64,000 nucleotides of DNA from Octopus vulgaris (Eukaryota): NCBI GenBank assembly GCA_951406725.2, contig OX597838.1:25172001-25236000 (forward strand), given 5' to 3'. The translations under genes and the position numbers were made by a program. The notes under the pieces were generated by a model. That model was given only the letters and a program-made list of their open reading frames with translations, was not told the DNA's origin and made no database searches. Every line of letters begins with the position of its first letter. Within the stretch, counting starts at the first letter, position 1. Positions 28,472 through 42,660 of this stretch are shown one piece after another.

Positions 28472-29328
28472 AATATGGTACAGGGTATAGTGGAAGATAA
28501 TGGGAGAACGGCAAAGAATTTATGGCAAAGGGTGTGTGACAGCTTTGACAGTACAATCGTATGTTCGTTTTTGTGGCAAGAAGTTGCACATTTAAATTAA
28601 TTCAAAATTCCTAAAGTAAAACAAACTTTTTTCGCAATAATTTTTTTTTCTTACAGTATCATCATATAACTTTGATCTTAATTTGAATAAATACTAACTT
28701 TCATGGATCACAAAGTCAGGGAAGACTAAGTGGCCTTGGTTTACTTTCAATTGCCAAAAGTGTACTAATTCAACTCAAGTAAAGTGGTTCATTGTACGAT
28801 GAGGTTATTGGACATTTTACATCTCAAAGAAGAAGAATATAACTTACATATAAGTAATTTAAGTAAGTAAAATTATATGGTTTCTTATTTTCCACTGTGT
28901 GAACATAAGAAAATTATGGCTTATTTTAGAATGCTGACAATGAATAGGGTATTATCAATTCAGTTTAATTTAGTGCCACATATTTGTATCCTAATTGAAT
29001 TAAGTTTACATTATTTACATTTTGGATCCTGCATTTTTGAATAGAAATACACAGTTTGTTTGCCTAATTTGAATAATATTAATGTTAATCATAGCATGGT
29101 CAGTGTGGCAGCACACACAATGACAACAACCATATGCAACGGATACATGCATACATATGTATTATTATTATTATTATTATTATTATTGGGGCAATGTCTG
29201 GAGCAAAGTATGGCTGAACTTGGGTCCTTGGGGGAGAGAATTCAAATCACATGATGAGGTGTCCTGGTGAACCTCCAAAGCCCAAGGTAAGTTGAGGCAA
29301 GCAGTACAGAGGAACCAGAAGTGTGGAT

Positions 29329-29728
29329 AGGCACAGGAGTGGCTGTGTGGTAAGTAGCTTGCTTACCAACCATATGGTTCTAGGTTCAGTCCCACTGCGT
29401 GGTACCTTGGGCAAGTGTCTTCTACTATAGCCTCGGGCCAACCAAAGCCTTGTGAGTGGATTTGGTAGACAGAAACTGAAAGAAGCCCATCGTATATATG
29501 TATATATATGTATGTGTGTGTATATGTTTGTGTCTGTGTTTGTCCCCCCAACATCGCTTGACAACCGATGCTGGTGTGTTTACGTCCCCATAACATAGCG
29601 GTTTGGCAAAAAGTGACTGATAGAACAAGTACTAGGCTTACAAAGAATAAGTCCTGGGGTCGATTTGTTTGACTAAAGGTGATGCTCCAGTATGGCCGCA
29701 GTCAAATGACTGAGACAAGTAAAAGAGT
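29329..29728 (+). mobile_element. SINE family A, full length
   Basis: Same head, body and tail. Others near 5462, 5913, 16022, 20225, 37055, 39213, 40585, 44830, 52780 and 62430. Confidence 0.85.
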
Positions 29729-31310
29729 ATGATACAAATGATCACGATATCTGGAACTATAAAAAAAATCTCTAAGACCTTCTTAAGTTTAAAGTATTAC
29801 GGTTAAAACACATTCCTTCGCAACCTTGCTACCAGGTAGGTGGCCTGTCAAAATTTACTCTAAATTGAAAATGGAAAGAGAAGAACATGTATATAAAATT
29901 GACAACAGCTTTAAAATTTCACTGAAACTATTTTTTTTTTCAATTGTTGAATTCCATTGAAGTTAGATTTGTGAGGGGAAGACTTAATTAATTAGTGAGG
30001 AAGAAGAATGCTACAAAGGGAGATAATTCAGTGTTAATGTGAGACAACAAAAAATGTAAATGAGAAAGGTTAAAAGGGAGAAATACTGAATTAACCCTTT
30101 TACCATTTAAACTGACCATATCCGGCCAAAATTTTCTTTTCTACTCTAGACACAAGGCCTGAAATTTTGCGGGAGGGGGCCAGGCAATTAGATCGGCCTT
30201 AGTGTGCAACTGGTACTTCATTTATCGACCCTGAAAGAACAAAAGGCAAAGTCGACCTCGGCAGAATTTGAACTCAGAATGTAAAGATAGACGAAATACT
30301 GCTAAGCTTTTCACCCAGCATGCTAATGTTTCTGCCAGCTCACCGCCTTTATCTGGCCCAAATATTGTGCTTGTTTTATGTTTAAACTGGCCAGATTCAC
30401 CTCTCACACCTACCTTACAATGTCATTCTAAAAAACAAACAATCACATCATTGAAATCATGAAGCTGTGATATAATGCATTATTAAAAGGCATCTTGTCC
30501 GCACTGTGAAGTGGTTGGCATTTGGAAGGCCCTTCCAGCTGTAAAAACCATGCCAAAACTGACCATACCTGTGCTGGTACCATGTAAAAAGCACTCCAGC
30601 AACTCCGTGAGGTGGTTGGTGTTAGGAAGGGCATCCAGCCGTAAAAACCATGCCAAAGCAGACACAGTAGTTTCGGGTAGTCTTCTTCCTGGCTGGCTCC
30701 TGTCAAACCGTCCAACCCATGCCAGCATGGAAGCTGGACGTTAAACAATGATGATGATGATGATAATGAATAAATAAGCATTACTGAGAGAGTAATCTGA
30801 ACGCTAAAAAGTTTTTTAAAATGGAATGGATGCTAAGTGTACATGCACATGCGCATGTTAGTGTGCATGTGTGCATGTGCACATATATATTGGCAATGAA
30901 GGAGAGATTCAATTGAGAGCATTAGTCATATTCACGGCTAAAATCAATATGAAGAATTCGTTCATTTCCATTACTAGTTTATAATTAATGAAATTACCTG
31001 CCGGGGAACAATAAACATATAATCGTGTGTTTGTGTGTGTGTTAAAAAAAGTCAATCATAAAAATTTGAATATTTATATATTTTATAAGCACTGGCATGA
31101 AATGACTTTGTGCTTAAGAAGTTTGCTCTAGGTTCAGTTCCGTTGCCCTTCTGCATGACTACCTGGGACAGGTGCCATCTAGTACAGCCCCAGGGCCAAT
31201 CAGAGCCTAGTGAGTGCGGGCTCGATAGACAGAAACTGAAAGGAGCTTAGCATGTATGTGTAGTTGTATGCGTGTGTATGTGTATAAATGCATGTGTATG
31301 TATAAATATA

Positions 31311-31366
<56 letters not shown>

Positions 31367-31655
31367 TGTGTAAGTGTGTATGTGTGTGTTGGGTTTTCTT
31401 TTCTTGACATTGCCTGAGAGTTGTAAGTGAGTGTCATTGTTGTACTAGCAGTGTCATTCATTTCCAGTCTTCTAACATCCAGTCAAGGGGAAATATTACC
31501 TGGCATATTACCTGGAAGCAGGTGTGGGTTTGTAACCAGATCGGTATCGGACAATAATAACCCTGCCTCAATGAATTCCATATGGTAGACAATCAAAAGA
31601 CAGAAAATTACTATTTTAAAATCTCACAACATGAGATATTCAGTAACAGTACTTT

Positions 31656-31895
31656 GTAGTAAAGATTGTTTGCCAACATAACATGGCAGTCCTGGTTTAG
31701 GATGAATGTTGCTGTAATTTAGCCCCAGGAGACATCGTCTCCAGCTGGCTATACAACACAATCTTGTTCGAAAATATAAGGACACAGATCGTGTCATATA
31801 GCCAGCTGGAGACAATGTCTCCTGAGGCTAAATTGCTGCAACATTCGTCCTAAACCAGGACTGCCATGTTATGTTGGCAAACAATCTTTACTACA
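31656..31895. repeat. Fold-back element, arms about 105 bp
   Basis: TGTAGTAAAGATTGTTTGCCAAC...GATCT mirrors AGATC...GTTGGCAAACAATCTTTACTACA. Confidence 0.82.
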
Positions 31896-32759
31896 GTTGA
31901 AAGATAGTTTTGTCTGCAGTGTCTGTGGTCACATTACACACTCAAAAACCAGTCCTGTTACTCAGGGAAGGTCACACACACACACACACACACAAAATAT
32001 ATACAATAATGCACCAATATTTACTGAAAATAGCAGTCAATAATATATGACACTATAATAAAGCTTCACTGTATATGGTGGTGGCAGTGGTGGTGATGGT
32101 GGTGGTGGTGGTGGAATTGGTGGTGGTGAAAGCAAACATATGAGGCAAAGATAAGGCAAAGGTAACAGTTACCTTCTTGAGTTATACTGACTCATAAGGG
32201 CCAGTTTCCCGCTTTCTATGGCACATAAATTCCCTCACCTGGACAGGACGATGGTCAGTTGCAGGATGATACATTTTTGCCATCTGGGTGGACAGGATCA
32301 ATTTGAAATGAAGTGTTTTGCTCAAGAATGCAACGTGTCGCCCAGTCCAGGAATTGAAACCACAATCTTACAATCATGAGTCCAACACCCTAACCACTAA
32401 GCCATGTATCTCTACTTAAGTGACAAAGGAAGGAAGAGGAGCAGTTGGATGGGGGGATGAGATGAAGAAGGATGAAGAGGTGGGTGAAGAGTTGAGGAGG
32501 TGAGGAGAAGTCAGGAGGTGAGGTTCTTAAGCAGGGAATTAATCTAAATTTATTCCAAGTCAATATGAGTTTAAATTGTTTGGTATTTTGGGAATTGAAT
32601 AAAATGGAATTTGTATTTTTTCTGAAGAGGCAAACAGACATGGGGGACACTTGAATGTCAACAGGTTGTTTTAGAGTTAAAAGGATATTGGAGCATTTCG
32701 GCAGGCATAATGTCAAAATATTGCTTACAGAGAAGACTACTAAGTGTTGGTCCATATGA

Positions 32760-33566
32760 AGAAGGTGGTGGTGGTGGTGGTGGCGGCGGTGGTGGTGTTG
32801 GTGGTGGTGGTGTTGGTGGTGATGGTGGTGGTGGTGATGATGATGGTGGTGGTGGTGGTGGTGGTGATGATGGTGGTGGTGGTGGTGGTGGTGGTAATGG
32901 TGTTGGTGGTGGTGGTGGTGGTGGTGGTGGTGGTAGTGGTTGGTGGGTAGTAGTGACAGCATGGTGTAGATGCACTGATGATGGCAGCGGCGGTGGCAGC
33001 AGCAGTGGTGGTGGTGGTGGTGGTGGTGGTGGTGGTGGTGCCGGTGGTAATCATACAACTAATAACTATAATGGTGATGCTGCTTCTGTTGTTAGGGGAT
33101 GGGGTTGTCATGGTGATGAGGGGACGGTGGTATTCGTGATGGTACTGGTGATGATGGCATCCAAGGGTCAGGGTTATTATTAGTGGTGGTGGTAGTTGTG
33201 GTGGTATTAATCGTGGCGATGTTTACATTATAGATGGCTTTATTTACAGTAGTGGTGGTGGGCATGGTTATGGATTTAGCAGGGGAGAGTGGAGGGGTTG
33301 TCATAGACACAGTATTAGTGATGTGAGTGGTATTTGTGAAGGTGGTGGTAGTGGTGGTGATCTCAGTAGCAGTGCTGACATTATGGAGGGTGATATTTAC
33401 GGTAGTAGTTGTGGTGGTCATGTTTAGTAAAGGGGATCAGGGTCGTGGTGGTGGTCATGGAATGAGGGGAGGTGTCGTGGTTGTAGTATTAGTGATATAG
33501 GTGATATTGTTGAAGGTGGTGGTGGTGGTAGTAGTGGCAGCTAGTTAGTGATGTTGTCTGTTGTTG

Positions 33567-33598
<32 letters not shown>

Positions 33599-33720
33599 GG
33601 TGGTGGTGGTGGTGGTAGTTTTGAAAGATGTTTATTATTTTAACAACTAAGACTGATCAATCTGTCCAGCAGCTGCAGCGGCGCCCGTCGTCGTCGTCGT
33701 AGTAGTAGCTGTAGTAGTTA

Positions 33721-33762
<42 letters not shown>

Positions 33763-33930
33763 CAGCAGCAGCAGTAGTTCTTATTATAGTGTTGATGCTA
33801 GTAGTAGTAGTGGTAGTAGCAGAAGCAATAGCAGAAGCAGTAGCAGCAGCAGCAGTAGTATTACTAGTAGTAGTAGTAGTATTGGTGGTGGTAGTAGTAG
33901 TATTGGTGGTGGTAGTAGTAGTAGTAGTAG
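32760..33930. repeat. (GGT)n/(AGT)n/(AGC)n low-complexity region
   Basis: Triplet arrays. Confidence 0.9.
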
Positions 33931-35924
33931 TTTCAGATTAAATGTAAACAGTGTTGGTTGTGTTGTTGCTGTCATATTTACCCACCCACCCCCCGACCTC
34001 CAGGTCAGCCCTGAATGACCTCATTTAGGATCAAAGACATTCCAGTCATGACTACCCTACCTGAGATATACATATCTATTCTTTTATTCTTTCACTCGTT
34101 TCAGTCATTTGACTGCGACCATGCTGCAGCACTGCCTTCAAGAGTGTTAGTTGAACAAATCAACAAATCAAGTCTAGCACTTATTCTATCAATCACTTTT
34201 GCCAAACCGCTAAGTTACAGGGACATAAACACCACAGCATTGGTTGTCAAGTGATTGTATATACATATATATGATGGGCTTCTTTTAGTTTCCATTTACC
34301 AAATTCACTCACAAGGCTTTGGTCGGTCCAAGGCTATAGTAGAAGACACTTGCCCAAGGTGCCATTCGGTGGGACTGAACCTGGAACCATGTGGTTGGGA
34401 AGCATATATACATAAATACATATATGTTATACATGAAAAAAAAAAGTCTAGAGGTACGAGAAGTGAATATTTTCTTTTATTCTTTTACTTGTTTCAGTCA
34501 TTTGACTGCAGCCATGCTGGAGCACCACCATAAAGGGTTTCTTTAGTTGAAGAAATCAACCCCAGGAGTTATACTTTGTGAGCCTAGTACTTATTCCATC
34601 ATTCTCTTTTGCCGAACCACTAAGCTACAGGGGTGTAAGCACAGCATTAAACAATACAACTGTATATTCACAAATTAATGCAAATAAGGAAAACTAGTTC
34701 ATCAGATCACTGGACCATCATGATTACACCGATAATTCAACTCTAAATACACACACAAAATTTCCTCTTTATATACACAATGTATGGAAAGCTAAAAGTG
34801 GACAGAAGTTAGATTGATATGGTCAGTAAAAGTGACGATATATTGTACTGCTTCATATCAATTAAGTTAAAGTGCTAGATAGAATTTAAGGAATTGGCAA
34901 TCCTTAATATAAGCAAATAACAAGAAGAAATATGAGGAGGAAGTAAAAATAGATAAAGTAGAGGATAAAAAGCTTAACAAGAAAATTGCAGCAAAGCTAC
35001 ATGATAGTGGTGTCAGGCGTGGCATGCAGACCATCATATAACTTGTTTTATTCTTCTCTTCCATTTTATTTTGACATGTGTATTGCATGTTCATACTTCT
35101 TATTCTGGTTCCTACTCAAAACTGTTTGCAGATCACAACCATCTCATAAACCTGCGTTCATGAGGAGTACTTTGCACTCCAGTGGTTGTAAAAAAAAACA
35201 AATGTAAAATGATGACGATGGGGGCAAGGGGCGGAAGATGTGTGTGTGTGTGTTTGTGTCTGCAGGTTTGTACATATGTGTGTAAGTTACTTGTTGTTAC
35301 TTGACAATTGATGGTGGTGTGTTTGCATAAACCCGTAACTTAGCAGTTCGGCAAAAGACACTGATAGGAAAAGTACTAGGATTACAAAGAATAAGTCCTG
35401 GGATCGATTTGCTCGACTAAAGGCGGTGCTCCAGCATGGCCACAATCAAATGACTGAAATATGTAAGAGAGTATATATATGTATACATATGTATGTATCG
35501 TCATCATCATCATCATCGTCATTTAATGTCTGCTTTCTATGCTAGCATGGGTTGGACGATTTGAGTGAGGACTGGCGAACTAGATGGCTGCACCAGGCTC
35601 CAATCTGATCTGGCAGACTTTCTACTGCTGGATGCCCTTCCTATATATATATATACAATTATTAATTTAATACTTGTTGACCTCACTAGAGCTGGTATCA
35701 CATAAAAAGCACCCAGTGCTCTCTATAAAGTGGCTGATGCTAGGAAGCATATCTAGCCAAACAAACTATGCCAAAGCTGCGAACAGAGCTTGATACAGTC
35801 TCCTGACTTGCCACTTCCTGCCAAACCATCCAACCTTTGCCCTCATCGTAAATGAAATTAAATGGTGATGATGATGATTTGTACATGTTGTATATTGTAT
35901 GTCTGTATCCGCATACGCTACACA

Positions 35925-36335
35925 TCAAAAAACAACTGAGGACGCTCGACCTTTATTCTCTTGAAAAACGCCACCGCCGTGGTGATCTCATTCTCGCCCA
36001 CAACATCATAAGCGGAAAGTGTAACCTCTCGAAAGAGCTGTTCTTCACTCCTGCTAAGAGCGTCGGCTGCGGGGTCATTCCGAAAAGCTCTACCTGCGAC
36101 GATTTCATCTCAATCGAAGGAGAGGAGCTTTCTCCGTCCAGGTTGCGGATCCGTGGAACAAGCTGCCAGACGAGATGGTGAAGATGCCGACGACCGCTTT
36201 GTTCAAAGCCTCCCTGGACCTCAAGTGGCCTGAACTCTTTACATGAACACCACCCTGTACTTAACTCCATGTCCCCCTACATGGCCTTGCTATTTGCTTT
36301 TGAGCCAAATTAACTAACTAACTAACTAACTAACT
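35925..36335 (+). mobile_element. CR1-type LINE 3' fragment, second family
   Basis: LRTLDLYSLEKRHRRGDLILAHNIISG...PWNKLP; (TAAC)n tail; CpGs intact. Confidence 0.82.
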
Positions 36336-36675
36336 GGTACTCTGTCGGTTATGGCAACAATGGCTGCAGTTGATGAGGTCTGCAAAACAGCCTGCTCATG
36401 AAATTAACATGCAAGTGGCTGAGTACTCCACAGACATACGTACTTTTCACATAATTCTCAGGTACAACTCATTTTTACTCAGTAGGTTTTTTTTAAGTGG
36501 TTGGTGATAGGGAAGGCATCCAGCTGTAGATACTATACCATAGCACACACAAGCACACATATATCCATACACACACACATATGTATATATATATATATAT
36601 ATGTGTGTATGTGTGTGTGTGTATATATATATGTGTATATGCATATATATATATTCATACACACACACACACACA

Positions 36676-36721
<46 letters not shown>

Positions 36722-36791
36722 AGAATAGAAGGATAAAATCACATTAATGATTTTTATCAGGTTGTCAGCATGAAATAGAAATTTCTATATT

Positions 36792-36852
<61 letters not shown>

Positions 36853-36989
36853 GAAGGGCATCCAGCAGTAGAAACTCTGCCAGATCAGATTGTGGCCTGG
36901 TGTAGCCATCTAGTTTGCCAGTTCTTGGTCAAATCGTCCAACCCATGCTAGCATAGAAAGCAGACATTAAATGACGATGATGATGATGA

Positions 36990-37041
<52 letters not shown>

Positions 37042-37426
37042 ATATATATATATACTCTTTTACTCTTTTACATGTTTCAGTCATTTGACTGTGGCCACGC
37101 CTTTAGTGGACCCCTAGTACTTATCCTATCAGTCTCTTTTGCCGAACCGCTAAGTTATGGGGATGCAAACACACTACCATCGATTGTCAAGCGATGTTGG
37201 GGAGACAAATACAGACACACAAACATACACATACATACATATATACGATGGGCTTCTTTCAGTTTCTGTCTACCAAATCCACTCACAAGGCTATAGTAGA
37301 AGACACTTGCCCAACGTGCCACGCAGTGGGACTGAACCCGGAACCATGTGGTTGGTAAGCAAGCTACTTACCACACAGCCACTCCTGTGCCTATATATAT
37401 AATTACATATATATATATAATTACAT

Positions 37427-37567
37427 TAAGGGAGCAGAGAGAAACGACCTATCTCCTACATGCTTGAAATAAATGCTGAGGCACTAAGAAACCTTTTTGT
37501 AGTTTCTTATTGCCTTGGCATTTATTTCAAGCATGTAGGAGATAGGTCGTTTCTCTCTGCTCCCTTA
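37427..37567. repeat. Near-perfect 141-bp hairpin between TA/CA tracts
   Basis: TAAGGGAGCAGAGAGAAACGACC... mirrors ...GGTCGTTTCTCTCTGCTCCCTTA. Confidence 0.85.
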
Positions 37568-37744
37568 CACACACACACACATATATATATATACATATGC
37601 TGGCCTGCTCGCTTAGCCAGCGGGGTAGCGTCATTCGAAGGCTAAAACAATGCGAACGCATTGTGACCAGTGATGTGTAACTACATCTGATGGACTGGTC
37701 GGTCATGTGATCACGTGATATACATATGCATACCATACATGCAT

Positions 37745-37803
<59 letters not shown>

Positions 37804-38537
37804 GACATATACATATGTATATATATTTATATGTATAGACACATACATATACATATGATAGGTTTAAGCATCATGGAGGCACTGGATGAACCAAACTCAG
37901 ACATATGAGAGGTGCCACCACCAAGGACAGCAAACATATACATACATATATATGTGTGTGTGTGTATGAGCATGTGTTGTGTGTGTGTGTGTGTGTGTGT
38001 TAACATGAACGCCCACACACACAGGTCAAGTTACTAACCTCATCATCCTTAAACACAGAAAAATGCTATGAATGTATGAATGTTACTGTTTTACAGGAGA
38101 GGCACTTGACAACCAAGAAACTGTTTCTTGTTCTTTTTGTTTACATAATTTATTTCTTAAGTTTGCTAAGATAAAGAAATCAGAAGACGGTGGTGGGCTA
38201 GCTGAATGGATTGTCTGCTTTTCCCTATTCGATTATGTTCCCTTAACATTCTGAGTTCAAACCTCACTGTAGGACATCTTAGCTTCTCAACCTTCTGTGG
38301 GTTGATAAACTGAAGGGCTAGTTAAGTAGGTGGAGTAACAGAGGTGCAGATATGTCTGTGGGGTAAGAAGTTTGCTTCCCAACCACATGGTTCCAGGTTC
38401 AGTCCCACTATGTGACACCTTGGACTAGTGTCTTCTATTATAGCCTCAGGCTGACCAAAGCCATGTGAGTGGATTTGGTAGACGGAAACTAAAAGAAGCC
38501 CATCATATATATATACACACACACATACACATGCATA

Positions 38538-39076
38538 TCTATTATATAAAATCCATTCTGTCTGTCTGTGTGTGTGTCTTCTAGGATCTCGGGCATCCTC
38601 CATCTGATTGCGCTCAAATTTGATATGTAGATACCGATGGTATCAGGGCGTGTATAAGTGTTGAAAAAATTACAAAAATCGATTCCAGGTGAGAATGCGA
38701 TCGGTAAAGCAGTTTTTGTCCTGCTTTTCTTCCGTCAACCTGTACATAACTGCACCTTCCATTTTTTGTTGTTTTTGTACTGCTCAAAAGCATGTTTCTT
38801 TCCTGCCAAGCTTACTGTTTAAACCATGTTTGTGTTCTCCCATTCAACAGCCTTATCATCTTTAAACTCTTCGGTTGCATAAATCGTTTTTCTTTGGAAT
38901 AGAAATAAGTCTATCTTTATTTCTTCTTTTGCTGGTGTCTCAAATTTAGGTTAAATCAGTGTTTCTCAAAGGGGAGGCCTATGGGATGGTCAGACAAGTT
39001 GTTTTGAGAAAATTTGGTTTAAATGTTTGACAACTTAGCAATGTCCACTGAGCGGGGGCGGGGGGCGTTTTGCTCG
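38538..39076 (+). mobile_element. Degenerate non-autonomous Helitron containing a tiny hAT-like element (about 38957-39016)
   Basis: Start A|TCTATTATATAAAA followed by (TCTG)n; GC-rich 3' end finishing GCTCG|T. Inner element CAGTGTTTCTCAAA...TTTGAGAAA. Confidence 0.55.
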
Positions 39077-39078
39077 TG

Positions 39079-39128
<50 letters not shown>

Positions 39129-40167
39129 GGTATATATATATATATGTATGTATATATATAAGTATATATATGTGTGTGTGTGTGTGTGTATGTGTATATA
39201 TATATATATATATGCACAGGTGTGGCTGTGTGGTAAGAAGCTTTCTTCCCAACTACATGGTATCAGGTTCAGTCCCATTGTGTGATACCTAGGGCAAGTG
39301 TCTTCTACTGTAGCCTCAGACCAATTAAAGCCTTGTGAGTGGGTTTGATAGACGGAAACTGAAAAGAAGTGTCTTCTACTATAGCCTTCGGCCGACTAAA
39401 GCCATGTGAGTGGATTTGGTAAGCCATCGTGAGTGTGTGTGAGTATATATGTGTGTGTTTGTCCCTTCAACATCGCTTGACAACTGATGCTGGTGTGTTT
39501 ACCTCCCTGTAACTTAGTGGTCCAGCAAAATAGACCGATAGAATAAGTACTAGGTTTACAAAGAATAAGTTCTGGGGCCGATTTGTTCAACTAAAGGTGG
39601 TGCTCCAGCATGGCCACAGTCAAATGACTAAAACAAATAAAAGAGTAAAAGAGTATATATTTATATATATCATCATCATCATCATCATCATCATCATTTA
39701 ATGTCTGTTGTCCATCCTGGTATAGGTTAGACGATTTGAATGGGTTGGTATGCTGGAAGGCTGCGCCAAGCTCCGTTCTGACTTGGCATGGTTTTCAGCG
39801 ACCAGATGCCCTCCCTAACGCCAACCACTCCAAGAGTGTAATGGGTGCTTTTATGTTCCACCAGCATGGGTGACATTTGCATGACACCGGGGTGCCTTTA
39901 CATGCCAATTTGTGTGATACTGGTATCTGCCGTGACTGTAATTTTGCTCGGCTCAATGGGTCTTCTTCTCAAGCACAACATAATGCCAAAGGTCTTGGTT
40001 ATTGCCTCTGCGAGGCCCATCACTTGAAAGGAACTTCTTCAGATATCTTGGGGAAATTTCGAACCTGGGTTCTCATTACTAAGGTAGTTTTCGATGTTAT
40101 TATTATTACTATTATTATTATTATTATTATTGTTCAGGTCACTGCCTGGAATCGAACTCAGAATTTT

Positions 40168-40443
40168 GGAGCATATGGCGAAGTGGTTAAGAGTGCAGGC
40201 TACTAATTCCAAGTAGTGACCTGAACAATAATAATAATGATGATGATGATAATGATAATTATAATAACAACAACAACAACAACAATAATAACACCGAAAA
40301 ATACCTTAGGAATGAGAACCCAGTTCCAAATTTCCCCAAGACACCTGAAGATGGCTGAAGAGTATATCAGCCGAAACAATTGTGTTAACAACAAACAAGA
40401 TGAGGAGAAATATATATCGAATGTAAATAATGTAAATAATGTA
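40168..40443 (+). mobile_element. tRNA-derived SINE with internal (AAT)n and a 3' hammerhead-like motif
   Basis: A-box TGGCGAAGTGG. The B-box GAGTTCGATTCC is preserved in the adjacent inverted copy (40035-40170). Tail is (AATGTAAAT)n. Confidence 0.65.
40340..40386 (+). ncRNA. Minimal hammerhead-like motif in SINE
   Basis: GACAC-CTGAAGA-T-GGCTGA(loop)TCAGCC-GAAA-CAA-TT-GTGTT; stem III is degenerate. Confidence 0.55.
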
Positions 40444-41319
40444 TTTTGATTTCAATGTTTTTCATGTTCCTTTTCATGAGTCATTCATAGCATCATATTT
40501 TTATTTTTATTATTTTATGTCCCCACATGCGTTGTTGTGTCGCCCTCTATGTAATACCTTTATGGCAATTTAAAAGAAATAAAGTAGCTTGTTTACCAAC
40601 CACATGGTTCCAGGTTCAGTCCCACTACGTGGCACCTTGGGAATGTGTCTTCTACTGTAGCCTTGGGCCGACCAAAGCCTTGTGAGTGGATTTGGAAGAC
40701 AGAAACTGAAAGAAGCCCGTCATATATATATGTGTGTGTGTGTCTGTGTGTGTCTGTGTTTGTCCCCCAACCATCGCCTGACAACCGATCTTGGTGTGTT
40801 TACGTACTCGTAACTTAGCGGTTCGGCAATAGACACCGATAGAATAAGTGCTAGGCTTACAAAGAAGTCCTAGGGTCGATGTGCTCGACTAAATGCGGTA
40901 CTCCAGCATGGCCGCAGTCAAATGACTGAATAAATATTTTTTTATGACAGCAGAACCACAAAATGCTCAGCTTATGGCAGAAGGGAAATAACTCTAAATA
41001 ATTTCTTCATTGGGAAACAAGGGAGATAATGCATATTTCTACCGTCTTGATTTCGTGGAATCGCTGATATTTTAATTATTTTCCAAATACTTCCAGATGC
41101 AGCCTCGTGGTAAATAAGTTATGCATGTGGTGTGGTTACTGTTTGCTGTAAAAACTATTTTAATTATTGCTATTTTCGTCGTATTTATTCCCGGTTTAGA
41201 TTTTTTATGGTCCATACATTAAATTGAACAAATAAGAGGTCAACATCCAGGGAACTCTTTGACGAAGTTGTTTTCGGTTATTAACGAGATGTGAACAACT
41301 TCTTGATAGCTCAAGGTGG

Positions 41320-41640
41320 GTGAGGGCGCGTGGCTTAGTGGTTAGGGCATTCGGCTCATGATCGTAAGGTTGTGAGTTCGATTCCCGGCGACGCGTTGTG
41401 TCCTTGAGCAAGACACTTTATTTCACGTTGCTCCAGTCCACTCAGCTGGCAAAAATGAGTTGTACTTGTATTTCAAAGGGTCAGCCTTGTCACTCTCTGT
41501 GTCACGCTGATTATCCCCGAGAACTACGTTAAGGGTACACGTGTCTGTGGAATGCTCAGCCATTTGCACGTTAATTTCACGAGCAAGCTGTTCCGTTGAT
41601 CGTATCAGCTGGGACCCTCGTCGTCGTAACCGGCGGAGTC
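41320..41640 (+). mobile_element. Young tRNA(CAT-loop)-headed SINE, family D
   Basis: A-box TGGCTTAGTGG, loop CTCATGA, B-box GAGTTCGATTCC; 12-bp TSD AGCTCAAGGTGG; CpGs intact. Confidence 0.85.
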
Positions 41641-41682
41641 AGCTCAAGGTGGATACACTTAATAAAACTACATATATGCGTT

Positions 41683-41714
<32 letters not shown>

Positions 41715-42272
41715 TAGGCTCATGGCTTAGTGGTTAGGGTGTTGCATTCATGATCATAAGATTATGAGTTCGATTCGTGGATCAAAAAATGTGTTGTGCT
41801 CTTGAGCAAAACATTCCAATATTCCAATATTCATTGCTCCTGTCCACTTGGCTGACAAAAGCGAGGAATTTTTGGACAGACGGGATTGGGCCGAATATAT
41901 ATGAGATGGTATCAAACATTTCTGCACTAGTTCTGTAGTGCGCCAACAGATGGCAGCACACGGTTACGTGTGCCGTGTGCTGTGAGAGTTAACAGTGACC
42001 TTCATGAGGCAGTGTGCCGAGTGGGATTGCTGTGTTTACTTTGTGAAATTTGTGAAATTGTGAAATTACTTTGTGAAATTTGTGAAATTTGTGAAAGTTG
42101 TGAAATTTGTGTCTTTGCGGACATGTGTATGATGTCATGGTCATGAGCTTGCTTACCAAACACATGGTTCCGGATTCATTCCCACTGCGTGGCAAGTGTC
42201 TTCTACTACAACTTCAGGCCGACCAAAGCCTTGTGAGTGGATTTGGTTGATGGAAACTGAAAGAAGCCTGTC

Positions 42273-42332
<60 letters not shown>

Positions 42333-42354
42333 GTGTATATATATATACATATAT

Positions 42355-42660
42355 CACATCACCGACTCCTTCACCTACACTTCTTCCAATATCATCAATT
42401 GCATCACCTGCTCTCACTGCCATTCTCTGTACATCAGACAAATGGGACGCCGCTTGGCTGACTGGTTCACGGAACAGCTCCGAGACATCTGCCTCGGCAA
42501 TGACACCCCGTTCTCACGCCATTTCCGCTCTACCGGTCACTCTTTGTAACACCTGTCTGTGTTCGGATTGTCATTGCACAGAGGCCATCCAGACACCCGT
42601 TTGCACCTGGAACAAGGATTAATCTTCTCTCTTCGCTCCTTTGTGCCATGTAGACTCAAC
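42355..42660 (+). pseudogene. Penelope-like element GIY-YIG endonuclease relic
   Basis: One frame with a single stop reads FTYTSSNIINCITCSHCHSLYIRQMGRRLADWFTEQLRDI...PFSRHF...GHSL*HLSVFGL...EQGLIFSLRSFVPCRLN. This matches the PLE endonuclease pattern (NvIYcitCxxC..YIGeTgR.L..Rf.EH....HF...H...E..lI..l....p.GlN). Confidence 0.85.

Noticed and set aside
41325-41395. tRNA-Met gene
   Set aside because: No proper acceptor stem; it continues into a SINE body and is flanked by a 12-bp TSD.
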